DNA from: the human T2T-CHM13v2.0 reference genome, Homo sapiens
Length of the DNA: 64,000 bases
Assembly: GCF_009914755.1 (NCBI RefSeq)
Contig: NC_060933.1
Direction: 5' to 3' (one strand)
Positions 1-14,400 of the stretch are shown one piece after another (the stretch's first letter is position 1; every line of letters starts with the position of its first letter). The position numbers and the translations under genes were made by a program. The notes beneath the pieces were generated by a model. It ran no database searches, was not told the origin of the DNA, and was given only the letters and a program-made list of their open reading frames with translations.

Positions 1-33
1 TTCCATTGCATTCCATTGCATTCTATTCGCTGC

Positions 34-43
34 ACTCGGGTTG
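34..43 (+). repeat. First instance of the Satellite III signature decamer ACTCGGGTTG (CAACCCGAGT on the - strand); recurs across the window
   Basis: Read directly (tgc ACTCGGGTTG attcc). It takes up two pentamer slots, so the register is kept. Confidence 0.95.
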
Positions 44-2049
44 ATTCCATTCCATTCCATTCCATTCCATTCCAATTCTTTCCATTCCATTCCATTCCAT
101 ACCATTACATTCCATTCCATACAATTCCATTCCATTCCATTCCATTCCATTCCATTCCGTTCCGGATGATTCCATTCCATTGCATTCCATTCCATTCCAT
201 TAGCCTGCACTCGGGTTGATTCCATTCCTTTCCATTCCATTCCATTCCATTCCATATCGTTCAATTCCATTCCATATCGTTCCATTCCATTCTATTCCGT
301 ACCATTCCATTCCATTCCATTCCATTCCATTCCATTCCATGCAATTCCGCTCGGGTTGATTCCATTCCTTTCCACTCTATTCGAATTGAATCCATTCCAT
401 TCCATTCCATTCCATTCCATTCCATTCCATTCCATTCCGTATGATTCCATTCCATTGTATTCCATTCCATTCCATTCCGCTGCACTCGGGTTGATTCCAT
501 TCCATTCCATTCCATTCCATTCCATTGCATTCCATTCCGTTCCATTCCATTCCATTCCTTTCTATTCGGGTTAATTCCATTCCATTCCATTCGATTCCAT
601 TCCATTCCATTCCATTCCATTGCAATCGAGTTGATCCCATTCCATTCCATTCCATTCCGTTCCGGATGATTCCATTCAATTGCATTCCATTCCATTCCAT
701 TCCCCTGCAGTCGGGTTAATTCCATTCCATTCCATTCCATTCCATTCCATTCCATTCCATTCCATTCCGTTCCATTCCATTCCATTCCATTCTATTCGGT
801 TTAATTCCTTTCCATTCCATTCCATTCCATTCCATTGCATTCCATTCCAATCGAGTTGATTGCATTCCATTCCATTCCATTCCATTCCACTCCATTCCAG
901 TCGTTTCCATTCCATTCCACTCGGGTTGATTCCATTCTATTCCTTTCCATTCCATTCCATTCCATTCCATTCCATTGCAATCATGTTGATTCCATTGCTT
1001 TGCATTCCATTCCATTCCATTCCATTCCGGATGATTCCATTCCATTGCATTCCATTCCATTCCATTCCCCTGCACTCGTGTTGATTCCATTCCATTCCAC
1101 CCCATTCCGTTCCATTCCATTCCATTCCATTGTATTCGGGTTAATTCCATTCCATTCCATTCCATTCCTTTCCATTCCATTACAATCGAGTTGATTCCAT
1201 TCCATTCCATTCCATTCCATTCCATTCCCTACCAGTCCTTTCCATTCCATTCTACTCTGGTTGATTCCATTCTATTAGTTTCCATTCCATTCCATTCCCT
1301 TCCATTCCACTCTGGTTGATTCCATTCCTTTCCATTCCACTCGAATACACTCCCTCCTATTCCACTCAGAACGATTCCATTCCATTCCATTCCATTCCAT
1401 TCCATTCCATTCCATTCCATTTCGTTCCATTCCATTCTATTCCATACCATTCCATTCCATTCCATTCCTTTCCATTCCATTCCATTCCACTCGTGTTGAT
1501 TCCATTCGTTTCCATTCCATTCGGTTTGAAAGCATTCCATTCCATTCCATTCCATTCCTTTCCATTCCATTGTACTCGGGTTGATTCCATTCCATTCCAT
1601 TACATTCGATTCCATTCCATTCCATTTCATTCCATTCCATTCCGTTCCATTCCATTCCATTTCATTCCATTCAATTCCATTCCATTCCATTCCATTCCAT
1701 TCCATTCCATTCCATTCCATTTCGTTCCATTCCATTCCGTTCCATTCCATTCCATTTCATTCCATTCCATTTCATTCCATTCCATTCCATTCCATTCCCT
1801 TCCATTCCATTCCATTTCGTTCCATTCCATTCTATTCCATACCATTCCATTCCATTCCATTCCATGCCATTCCACTCGGTTTGATTCCATTTCTTTCCAT
1901 TCCATTCGGGTTGAATCAATTCCATTCCATTCCATTCCATTCCATTCCATTCCATTCCATTCCTTTCCATACCATTGCACTCGGGTTGATTCCATTCCAT
2001 TCCATTCCATTCCATTCCATTCCATTCCATTCCATACCGGTTGATTCCA

Positions 2050-3300
2050 TTCCTTTGCATTCCATTCCATTCCATTCCCCTGCACTCGGGTTGATTCCAA
2101 TCCATTCCATTCCATTTAATTCCATTCCATTCTATTCCATTCCAATCCTTTCCATTCCATTCCATTCCATTCCATTGCAATCGACTTGATTCCATTAGAT
2201 CATTCCATTCCATTCCATTCCATTCCATTCCATTTTGTTCCAATCCATTCTATTCCGAACCATTCCATTCCATTCCATTCCATTCCATTCCATGCCATTA
2301 CACTCGGGTTGATTCCATTCCCTTCCATTCCATTCGGGTTGAAACCATTCCACTCCATTCCATTCCATTCGAATCCATTCCATTGCAATCGGGTTGATTC
2401 CATTCCATTCCATTCCATTCGATTCCATTCCATTCCATTCCATTCACTTCCATTCCATTTTATTACATTCAGATTGATTCTATTCAATTCCCTTACACTC
2501 CATTATATTCCAATCCATTCTGGTTGTTTCCATTCCATTCCACTCCATTTCACTCTATTCCATTGCACTCGGTTTGATTCCATTCCATTCCATACCATTC
2601 CATTCCGGATGATTCCATTCCATTGCATTCCATTCCATTCCATTCCCCTGCACTCGGGTTGATTCCATTCCATTCCATTCCACTCCATTCGGTTCCGTTC
2701 CATTCCATTCTATTCCATTCCATTCTATTCGGATTAATTCCATTCCATTCTATTCCATTCCATTCCATTCCGTTCCATTGCAATGGAGTTGATTCCATTC
2801 CATTCCATTCCATTCCGGATGATTCCATTCCATTGCATTCCATTCCATTCCATTCCCCTGCACTCGGGTTGATTCCATTCCTTTCCATTGCATTCCATTC
2901 CGTTCCATTCCATTCCATTCCATTCTATTCGGGTTAATTCCATTCCATTCAATTCCATTCCATTCCATTCCATTCCATTCCATTCCATTGCAATCGAGTT
3001 GATTCCATTCCATTCCTTTCCATTCCATTGCATTGCCTTGCATTCCATTCGGGTTGATTCCATTCCCTTCCTTCCACTCCATTACATTCCCTTCCATTCC
3101 ACTCGGAATGATTGATTCCTTTCCATTCCATTCCATTTCATTCCATGGCAATCCATTCCAATCCATTCCATTCCATTCCATTCCACTCGAGTTGATTTCA
3201 TTCCATTCCTTTCCATTCCATTCCTTTCCATTCCACTCGGGTTGATTCCATTCCGTTCCATTCCATTGCATTCCATTCCATGCCATTCCACTCGGGTTGA
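2050..3300. repeat. Older, more diverged copy of the block also at ~13.05-14.3 kb and ~22.4-23.6 kb
   Basis: Rare variants shared in the same order: TTTAATTCC (~2115/13114/22422), GCAATCGACTTGA (2177/13181/22504), GCAATGGAG (~2780/13806/23114). Near-identical 104-aa pseudo-ORFs at 2623, 13649 and 22957. Confidence 0.8.
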
Positions 3301-5054
3301 TTCCATTCCTTTCCATTCCATTCGGGTTGAATCCATTCCATTCCATTCCATTCCATTCCATTCCATTCCATTCCATTCGATTCCATTCCATTCCATTCCA
3401 TTCCATTCCATTCCATTGCAATCGAGTTGATTCCATTCCATTCCATTCCATTCCATTCCATTCCATTCCATTCCATTCCATTTCATTTCGTTCCAGTCCC
3501 TTCTATTCCGAACCATTCCATTCCATTCCATTCCATTCCATTCCATTCCATTCCATGCCATTCCATTCCGTGACATTCCACTCTGGTTGATTCCACTCCT
3601 TTCCATTCCATTCGGGTTGAATCCATTCCATTCCATTCCATTTCATTCGAATCCATTCCATTGCACTCGGGTTGATTCCATTCCATTCCATTCCATTCCA
3701 TTCCATTCCGTTCCATTCCATTTCATTACATTCAGATTGATTCTATTCAATTCCCTTACACTCCATTATATTGCAATCCATTCTGGTTGTTTCCATTCCA
3801 TTCCATTCCATTTCACTCCATTCCATTGCACTCGGGTTGGTTCCATTCCATTCCATTCCTTTCCATTCCGGATGATTCCATTCCATTGCATTCCATTCCA
3901 TTCCATTAGCCTGCACTCGGGTTGATTCCATTCTTTTTCATTCCATTGCATTCCGTTGCATTCCGTTCCATTTCATTCTATTCGGGTTAATTCCATTCCA
4001 TTCCATTCCACTCCATTCCAGTCCTTTCCATTCCATTCCACTCGGGTTGATTCCATTCTATTCCTTTCCATTCCATTCCATTCCATTGCAATCGAGTTGA
4101 TGCCATTCAAGTTGAATCCATTCCATTCCATTCCATTCCATTCCATTCCATTCCATTCCATTGCACACGAGTTCATTCCATTACATTCCATCTCATTCCA
4201 TTCCGTTCCATTCCATGCCATTACACTCTGGTTGATTCCATTCTATTAGTTTCCATTCCATTCCATTCCCTTCCATTCCACTCTGGTTGATTCCTTTCCT
4301 TTCCATTCCACTCGAATACATTCCCTCCTATTCCACTCGGAACGATTCCATTCCATTCCATTCCATTCCATTCCATTCCATTCCATTCCATTACATTCCA
4401 TTTCGTTCCATTCCATTCTATTCCATACCATTCCATTCCATTCCATTCCTTTCCATTCCATTCAATTCCACTCGTGTTGATTCCATTCCTTTCCATTCCA
4501 TTCGGTTTGAAAGCATTCCATTCCATTCCATTCCATTCCATTCCATTCCATTCCATTCCATTCCATTGTACTCGGGTTGATTCCATTCCATTCCATTCCA
4601 TTCCATTCCATTCCATTCCATTCCATTCCATTCCATTCCTTTCCATTCCATTACTGATGATTCCATTCCATTGCATTCCATTCCATTCCATTCCCCTGTA
4701 CTCGGGTTGATTCCATTCCATTCCATTTCAATCCATGCCATTCCACTCGTGTTGATTCCATTCTTTCCATTGCATTCAAGTTGAATCCATTCCATTGCAT
4801 TCCATTCCATTCGATTCCATTCGATTGCACTCGGGTTGATTCCATTCCATTGCATTCCATTCCATTCCATTCCATTCCGTTCCATTCCATTCCATTACAT
4901 TCGGATTGATTCTATTCAATTCCCTTACACTCCATTACATTCCATTCCATTCGGGTAGTTTCCATTCCATTCCATTCCATTCCTCTCCATTCCATTGCAC
5001 TCGGGTTTATTCCATTCCATTCCATTCCATTCCATTCCATTCCATTCCATTCCA

Positions 5055-5067
5055 TTCCGGAAGATTC
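5055..5067. promoter_or_regulatory. Candidate heat-shock element TTCCGGAAGATTC (TTCnnGAAnnTTC); first of ~34 copies
   Basis: The match to the three-pentamer inverted nGAAn HSF consensus is seen directly. Binding is inferred from the known HSF1 occupancy of Satellite III in nuclear stress bodies. Confidence 0.45.
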
Positions 5068-8000
5068 CATTCCATTGCATTCCATTCCATTCCATTCCCC
5101 TGCACTCGCGTTGATTGCATTCCATTCCATTCCATTCCATTCCATTCCATTCCATTCCATTCCTTTCCGTTCCATTCCATTCCATTCCATTCCATTCCGT
5201 TCCGTTCCTTTCCGTTCCGTTCCATTCCATTCCATTCCATTCTCTTCGGTTTATATCCATTCCATTCCATTCGATTGCAATCGAGTTGATTCCATTCCAT
5301 TCCATTCCATTCCATTCCATTCCTTTCCATTCCATTACGGATGATTCCATTCCATTGCATTCCATTACTTTCCATTCCCCTGTACTCGGGTTGATTCCAT
5401 TCCATTCCATTCCAATCCATGCCATTCCACTCGTGCTGATTCCATTCTTTCCATTCCATTCAAGTTGAATCCATTCCATTGCATTCCATTCCATTCCATT
5501 CCCCTGCACTCTTGTTGATTCCATTCCATTCCATTCCATTCCGTTCCATTCCATTCCATTCCATTCTATTCAGGTTAATTCCATTCCATTCCATTCCATT
5601 CCATTGCATTCCATTCCATTCCATTCCATTCCATTGCAATCCAGTTGATTCCATTGCATTGCATTCCATTCCATTCCATTCCGGTTGATTCCATTCCATT
5701 GCATTCCATTCCATTCCATTCCCCTGCAGTCAGGTTGATTCCATTCCATTCCATTCCATTCCATTCCATTCCGTTCCATTCCATTCCACTCCATTGCAAT
5801 CATGTTGATTCCATTCCATTCCATTCCATTCCATTCCATTCCATTCCATTCCATTCCATTCCATGCCATTCCACTCGGGTTGATTCCATTCCTTTCCATT
5901 CGATTCGGGTTGAAGCCATTCTTTGCAATTCCATTCCATTCGATTCCATTCCATTGCACTTGGGTTGATTCCATTCCATTGCATTCTATTCCATTCCATT
6001 CTATTCCATTCCGTTCCATTGCATTCCATTACATTCGGATTGATTCTATTCAATTCCCTTACACTCCATTACATTCCATTCCATTCGGGTTGTTGCCATT
6101 CCATTCCATTCCATCCCACTCCATTCCATTCCATATCATTCCATTCCACTCCATTCCATTGCACTCGGGTTGATTCCATTCCATTGCATTCCATTCCATT
6201 CCATTCCGGATGATTCCATTCCACTGCATTCCATTCCATTCCATTCCCCTGTACTCGAGTTGATTCCATTCCATTCCATTCCATTCCATTCCGTTCCATT
6301 CCATTCCGTTCCATTCTATTCGGGTTAATTCCATTCCATTCCATTCCATTCTCTTCCATTGCAATCGAATTGATTCCATTCCATTCCATTCCATTCCATT
6401 CCTTTCCATTCCATTCCACTCGGGTTGATTGCATTCTATTAGTTTCCTTTCCATTCCATTCCATTCCATTCCATTAAACTCTGGTTGCTTCCAATCCTTT
6501 CCATTCCACTCGAATACATTCCTTTCTATGCCACTCGGAATGATTCCATTCCATTCCATTCCATTCCATTCCATTCCATTTCATTCCATTCCATTCTATT
6601 CCGTACCATTCCAATCCTTTCCACTCCATTCCATTCCATTCCTTTCCATTCCACTCCATTCCATGCGATTTCACTCTGGTTGATTCCATTCCTTTCCATT
6701 CCATTCGGGTTCAATGCATTCCATTCCATTCCATTCCATTCCATTCCATTCCATTCCATTCCGTTCCATTGCACTCGGGTTGATTCGATTTGATTCCATT
6801 CCATTCCATTCCGTTCCATTCTATTCCATTCCATTCCATTCCTTTGCATTCCATTCCACTTTGGTGGATTCCATTCCATTCCTTTCCATTCCATTCCATT
6901 CCCTTGCATTCCACTCGCGTTGTTTTCATTCCTTTCCTTCCACTCCATTACAATCCCTTCCATTCTACTCGGAATGATTGATTCCATTCCATTCCAATCC
7001 ATTTCATTCCATTGCGTTCCATTCCGATCCATTCCATTCCATTCCATTCCAATCCATTCCATTCCATTGCATTCCATTCCATTCCATTCCGTTACATTCC
7101 AGATGATTCCATTCCATTGCATTCCATTCCATTCCATTCCCCTGCACTCGGGTTGATTCCGTTCCATTCCATTCCATTCCATTCCATTCCATTCCAGTCC
7201 ATTCCATTCCATTGCATTCCGTTCCATTCCATTCCTTTCTATTTGAGTTAATTCCATTCCATTCTATTCCATTGCAATCCAGTTGATTCCATTCCATTCC
7301 ATTCCATTCCTTTCCATTCCATTCCATTCCATTCCAGTCCTTTCCATTCCATTCCACTCGGGTTGATTCCATTCTATTCCTTTCCATTCCATTCCATTCG
7401 CTTCCATTCCAATCTGGTTGATTCCATTCCTTTCCATTCCACTCGAGTACATCCCTTTCTATTCCACTCGGAATGATTCCATTCCATTCCATTCCATTCC
7501 ATTCCATATCGTTCTATTCCATTCTATTCCGTACCATTCCATTCCATTCCATTCCATTCCATTCCATGACATTCCGCTCGGGTTGATTCCATTCCTTTCC
7601 ATTCCATTCGAGTTGAATCCATTCCATTCCATTCCATGCCATTCCATTCCATTCGATTCCATTCCATTGCAAACGGGTTCATTCCATTCCATTCCATTTC
7701 ATTTCATTCCATTCCATTCCATTCCATTCCATTTCATTCCATTCCATTCCATTCCATTCCATTTCATTCCATTCCATTCCATTTCATTCCATTGCATTCC
7801 ATTCCATTCCATTCCATTCCATTTCATTCCATTGCATTCCATTCCATTCCATTCCATTCCATTTCATTCCATTCCATTCCATTCCATTCCATTCCATTCC
7901 ATTTCTTTCCATTCCATTCCCTTCCATTCCATTCCGTTCCATTTCGTTCCATTCCATTCTATTCCGTACCATTCCATTCCATTCCATTCCATTCCATTCC

Positions 8001-8310
8001 ATTCCATGCCATTCCACTCGGGTTGATTTCATTCCTTTCCATTCCATTCGGGTTGAATCCATTTCATTCCATTCCATTCCATTCCATTCCATTCCATTCC
8101 ATTCCATTCCATAGCACTCTGGTTGATTCCATTCCATTCAATTCCATTCCATTTCTTGCCATTCCATTCCATTCCGTTCCATTCCATTCCATTACATTCG
8201 GATTGTTTCTTTTCAATTCCCTTACACTCCATTACATTCCATTCCATTCTGGTAGTTTCCATTCCATTCCATTCCACTCCACTCCATTCCATTGCACTCG
8301 GTTTGACTGA

Positions 8311-8500
8311 TTCGATTCCATTGCATTCCATTCCATTCCATTCCGCATGATTCCATTCCATTGCATTCCATTCCATTCCATTCCCCTGCACTCGGATTGA
8401 TTCCATTCCATTGCATTCCATTCCATTCCATTCCATTCCATTCCGCATGATTCCATTCCATTGCATTCCATTCCATTCCATTCCCCTGCATTCGTGTTGA
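8311..8500. repeat. Local ~100-bp tandem duplication
   Basis: The private variant TTCCGCATGA occurs at 8341 and 8441, each followed by the same ~40 bp ending in CCCCTGCA. Confidence 0.75.
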
Positions 8501-11500
8501 TTCCATTCCATTCCATTCCATTCCATTCTGTTCCATTCCATTCCATTCCATTCTATTCAGGTTAATTCCATTCCATTCCATTCCATTCCATTCCATTCCA
8601 TTCCATTCCGTTCCATTCCATTCCATTGCAATCGAGTTGATTCCATTGCATTCCATTCCATTCTATTCCATTCCACTGCATTCCATTGCACTCGGGTTGA
8701 TTCAATTGCATTCCATTCCTTTCCATTCCATTCCATTCCGGATGATTCCATTCCATTGCATTCCATTCCATTCCATTCCTCTGCACTCAGGTTGATTCCA
8801 TTCCATTCCATTCCATTCCATTCCATTCCATTCCTTTCCATTCCTTTCCATTCCAATGCAAAAGAGTTGATTCCATTCCATTCCATTCCATTCCATTTCG
8901 TTCCATTCCATTTCATTACATTCAGATTGATTCTGTTCAATTCCCTTACACTCCATTATATTCCATTCCATTCGGGTTGTTTGCATTCCATTCCATTCCA
9001 TTACACTCCATTCCATTGCACTCGGGTTGATTCCATTCCATTCCATTCCATTCCATTCCATTCCATTCCGGATGATTCCATTCCATTGCATTCCATTCCA
9101 TTCCATTCCCCTGCACTCGGGTGGATTCCAATCCATTCTATTCCATTCTGTTCCGTTTCATTCCATTCCATTCCATTCCATTCCATTCCATTCCATTCAG
9201 GTTAATTCCATTCCATTCTATTCCATTCCATTCCATTCCATTCCATTGCGATGGAGTTGATTCCATTCCATTCCGGATGATTCCATTGCATTGCATTCCA
9301 TTCCATTCCATTCCCCTGCACTCGTGTTGATTCCATTCCCTTCCATTCCATTCCATTCCGTTCCATTCCATTCCATTCCATTCTATTCGGGTTAATTCCA
9401 TTCCATTCCATTCGATTGCAATCGTGTTGATTCCATTCCATTCCATTCCATTCCATTCCATTCCATTCCTCTCCATTCCATTGCACTCGGGTTGATTGCA
9501 TTCCATTGCATTCCATTCCATTCCATTCAATTCCATTCCGTTCCATTCCATTCCTTTACATTCGGATTGACTCTATTCAACTCCCTTACTCTCCATTCCA
9601 TTCCATTCCATTAGGCTTGTTCCATTCCATTCCATTCCATTCCACTCCATTCCATTGCACTCGGGTTTATTCCATTCCATTCCATTCCATTCCATTCCCT
9701 TCCATTCCATTCCATTCCGGAAGATTCCATTCCATTGCATTCCATTCCATTCCATTCCCCTGCACTCGCGTTGATTCCATTCCATTCCATTCCATTCCAT
9801 TCCATTCCATTCCATTCCATTCCATTCCTTTCCGTTCCATTCCATTCCATTCCATTCCGTTCCGTTCCGTTCCGTTCCGTTCTATTCCATTCCATTCCAT
9901 TCTATTCGGGTTAATTCCATTCCATTCCATTCGATTGCAATCGAGTTGATTCCATTCCATTCCATTCCATTCCATTCCATTCCATTCCATTCCTTTCCAT
10001 TCCACTACAGATGATTCCATTCCATTGCATTCCATTCCATTCCATTCCCCTGTACTCGGGTTGATTCCATTCCATTCCATTCCAATCCATGCCATTCCAC
10101 TCGTGTTGATTCCATTCTTTCCATTCCATTCAAGTTGAATCCATTCCATTGCATTCCATTCCATTCCATGCCCCTGCAGTCGGGTTGATTCCATTCCATT
10201 CCATTCCATTCCATTCCATTCCATTCCATTCCGTTCCGTTCCATTCCATTCTATTCGGGTTAATTCCATTCCATTCCATTCCATTCCATTCCATTCCATT
10301 CCATTCCAATCGAGTTGATTCCATTCCATTCCATTCCATTCCATTCCATTCCACTCCATTCCAGTCCTTTCCATTCCATTCCACTCGGGTTGATTCCAAT
10401 GTATTCCTTTCCATTCCATTCCATTCCATTGCAATCGAGTTGATTCCATTGCTTTGCATTCCATTCCATTCCATTCCATTCCGGATGATTCCTTTCCATT
10501 GCATTCCATTCCATTCCATTCCCCTGCACTCGGGTTGATTCCATTCCATTCCACTCCATTCCGTTCCATTCCATTCCATTCCATTGTATTCGGGTTAATT
10601 CCATTCCATTCCATTCCATTCCATTCCATTCCATTCCATTTCAATCGAGTTGATTCCATTCCATTCCATTCCATTCCATTCCATTCCATTCCATTCCAGT
10701 CCTTTCCATTCCATTCCACTCGGGTTGATTCCATTCTATTAGTTTCCATTCCATTCCATTCCCTTCCATTCCACTCTGGTTGATTCCATTCCTTTCCATT
10801 CCACTCGAATACATTCCCTCCTATTCCACTGGGAACGATTCCATTCTATTCCATTCCATTCCATTCCATTCCATTCCATTCCTTTCCATTCCATTCTATT
10901 CCGTATCATTCCATTCCATTCCATTCCATTCCATTCCATTCCACTCGTGTTGATTCCATTCCTTTCCATTCCATTCGGTTTGAAGGCATTCCATTCCATT
11001 CCATTCCATTCCATTCCATTCCATTCCACTCCATTCCATTCCATTGTACTCGGGTTGATTCCATTCCATTGCATTCCATTCCATTCCATTCCATTCCATT
11101 CCGTTGCTTACCATTCCATTACATTCGGATTGATTCTATTCAACTCCCTTACTCTCCATTACATTCCATTCCATTCGGGTTGTTCCATTCCATTCCATTC
11201 CATTCCACTCCATTCCATTGCACTCGGGTTGATTCCATTCCATTCCATTCCATTCCATTCCGGATGATTCCATTCCATTGCATTCCGTTCCAATACATTC
11301 CCCTGCACTCGCGTTGATTCCATTCCATTCCATTCAATTCCATTCCATTACCGTTCGTTCCATTCCATTCTATTCCGTACCATTCCATTCCATTCCATCC
11401 CATTCCATTCCATTCCATTCCATTCCATTCCGTTCCATTCCGTTCCATTGCATTCCATTCCATTCTATTCGGGTTAATTCCATTCCATTCCATTCCATTC

Positions 11501-12269
11501 CATTCTATTCCATTCCATTGTAATCGAGTTGAATCCATTGCATTTCATTCCATTCCATTCCTTTCCGGAAGATTCCATTCCATTGCATTCCATTCCATTC
11601 CATTCCCCTGCACTCGCATTGATTCCATTCCATTCCATTCCATTCCATTCCATTCCGTTCCGTTCCATTCTATTCCATTCCATTCCATTCCATTCCGTTC
11701 CATTCCATTCCATTCCATTCTATTCGGGTTAATTCCATTCCATTCCATTCGATTGCAATCGAGTTGATTCCATTCCATTCCATTCCATTCCATTCCATTC
11801 CATTCCATTCCATTCCTTTCCATTGCATTACGGATGATTCCATTCCATTGCATTCCATTCCATTCCATTCCCCTGTACTCGGGTTGATTCCATTCCATTC
11901 CATTCCAATCCATGCCATTCCACTCGTGTTGATTCCATTCTTTCCGTTCCATTCAAGTTGAATCCATTCCATTGCAGTCCATTCCATTCGATTCCATTCG
12001 ATTGCACTTGGGTTGATTCCATTCCATTTCATTCCATTCCATTCCATTCCATTCCATTCCATTCCGTTCCATTCCATTCCATTACATTCGGATTGATTCT
12101 GTTCAATTCCCTTACACTTCATTACATTCCATTCCATTCGTGTAGTTTCCACTCCATTCCATTCCATTCCTCTCCATTCCATTGCACTCGGGTTGATTCC
12201 ATTCCATGGCATTCCATTCCATTCCATTCCATTCCATTCCGTTCCATTCCATTCCATTACATTCGGATT

Positions 12270-14400
12270 GATTCTATTCAACTCCCTTACTCTCCATTAC
12301 ATTCGATTCCATTCGGGTTGTTCCATTCCATTCCATTCCATTCCACTCCATTCCATTGCACTCGGGTTGATTCCATTCCATTCCATTCCATTCCGGAAGA
12401 TTCCATTCCATTACATTCCATTACATTCCATTCCCCTGCACTCGCGTTGATTGCATTCCATTCCATTCCATTCCATTCAATTCCATTCCTTTCCGTTCCA
12501 TTCCATTCCATTCCATTCCGTTCCGTTCCGTTCCGTTCCGTTCCATTCCATTCCATTCCATTCCATTCTATTCGGGTTAATTCCATTCCATTCCATTCGA
12601 TTGCAATCGAGTTGATTCCATTCCATTCCATTCCATTCCATTCCATTCCATTCCATTCCATTCCATTCCTTTCCATTCCATTTCATTCCATTCCATTCCA
12701 TTGTAATCGAGTTGATTACATTCCATTCCTTTCCATTTCATTCCATTGCCTTGCATTCCACTCGGGTTGATTCCATTCCCTTCTTTCCACTCCATTACAT
12801 TCCCTTCCATTCCACTCGGAATGATTGATTCCATTCCATTCCATTCCGTTTCATTCCATTGCAATCCATTCCAATCCATTCCATTCCATTCCATTACACT
12901 CGAGTTGATTTCATTCCATTGCTTTCCATTTCATTCCATTCCTTTCCACTCGAGTTGATTCCATTCCATTCCATTCCATTGCATTCCATTCCATGCCATT
13001 CCACTCGGGTTGATTCCATTCCATTCCATTCCAGTCCATTCCATTCCTTTCCATTGCATTCCATTCCATTCCTTTCCCCTTCACTCGGGTTGATTCCATT
13101 CCATTCCATTCCATTTAATTCCATTCCATTCCATTCCATTCCATTCCAATCCGTTCCATTCCATTCCATTCTATTACATTGCAATCGACTTGATTCCATT
13201 CCATTCCATTCCATTCCATTCCATTCCATTCCATTCCATTCCATTCCATTCCGTTCCGTTCTATTCCGAACCATTCCATTCCATTCCATTCCATTCCATT
13301 CCATTCCATTCCATTCCATGCCATTCCACTCGGGTTGATTCCATTCCTTTCCATTCCATTCGGGTAGAATCCAATCCACTCCATTCCATTCCATTCGAAT
13401 CCATTCCATTGCAATCGGGTTGATTCCATTCCATTGCATTCCATTCGATTCCATTCCATTCCATTCCATTCCGTTCGATTCCATTTCATTACATTCAGAT
13501 TGATTCTATTCAATTCCCTTACACTCCATTATATTCCAATCCATTCTGGTTGTTTCCATTGCATTCCATTCCATTTCACTCCATTCCATTGCAGTCGGTT
13601 TGATTCCATTCCATTTCATTCCATTCCATTCCGGATGATTCCATTCCATTGCATTCCATTCCATTCCATTCCCCTGCACTCAGGTTGATTCCATTCCATT
13701 CCATTCCACTCCATTCGGTTCTGTTCCATTCCATTCTATTGCATTCCATTCTATTCGGGTTAATTCAATTCCATTCTATTCCATTCCATTCCATTCCATT
13801 CCATTGCAATGGAGTTGATTCCATTCAATTCCATTCCATTCCGGATGATTCCATTCCATTGCATTCCACTCCATTCCATTCCCCTGCACTCGTGTTGATT
13901 CCATTACCTTCCATTCCATTCCATTCCGTTCCATTCTATTGCATTCCATTCTATTCCGGTTAATTCCATTCCATTCCATTCCATTCCATTCCATTCCATT
14001 CCATTGCAATCGAGTTGATTCCATTCCATTCCTTTCCATTCCATTCCATTGCCTTGCATTCCAATCGGGTTGATTCCATTCCCTTCTTTCCACTCCATTA
14101 CATTCCCTTACATTCCACTCGGAATGATTGATTCCATTCCATTCCATTCCATTTCATTCCGTTGCAATCCATTCCGATCTATTCCATTCCATTCCATTCC
14201 ACTCGAGTTGATTTCATTCCATTCCTTTCCATTCCATTCCATTCCTTTCCACTCGAGTTGATTCCATTCCATTCCATTCCATTGCATTCCATTCCATGCC
14301 ATTCCACTCGGGTTGATTCCAATCCTTTGCATTCCATTCCATTCCATTCCATTCCGTTGCATTCCATTCCATTACATTCGGATTGATTCTATACAACTCC
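12270..14400. repeat. Duplicated block A, copy 1 (partner ~21325-23720; offset ~9.05-9.32 kb)
   Basis: Shared rare variants: GTTGATTACA (12711/22014), GGGTAGAATCCAATCC (13362/22680), CCATTACCTTCC (13901/23209). ORF pairs 12746/22049 and 14049/23352 are offset by 9303. Confidence 0.88.
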
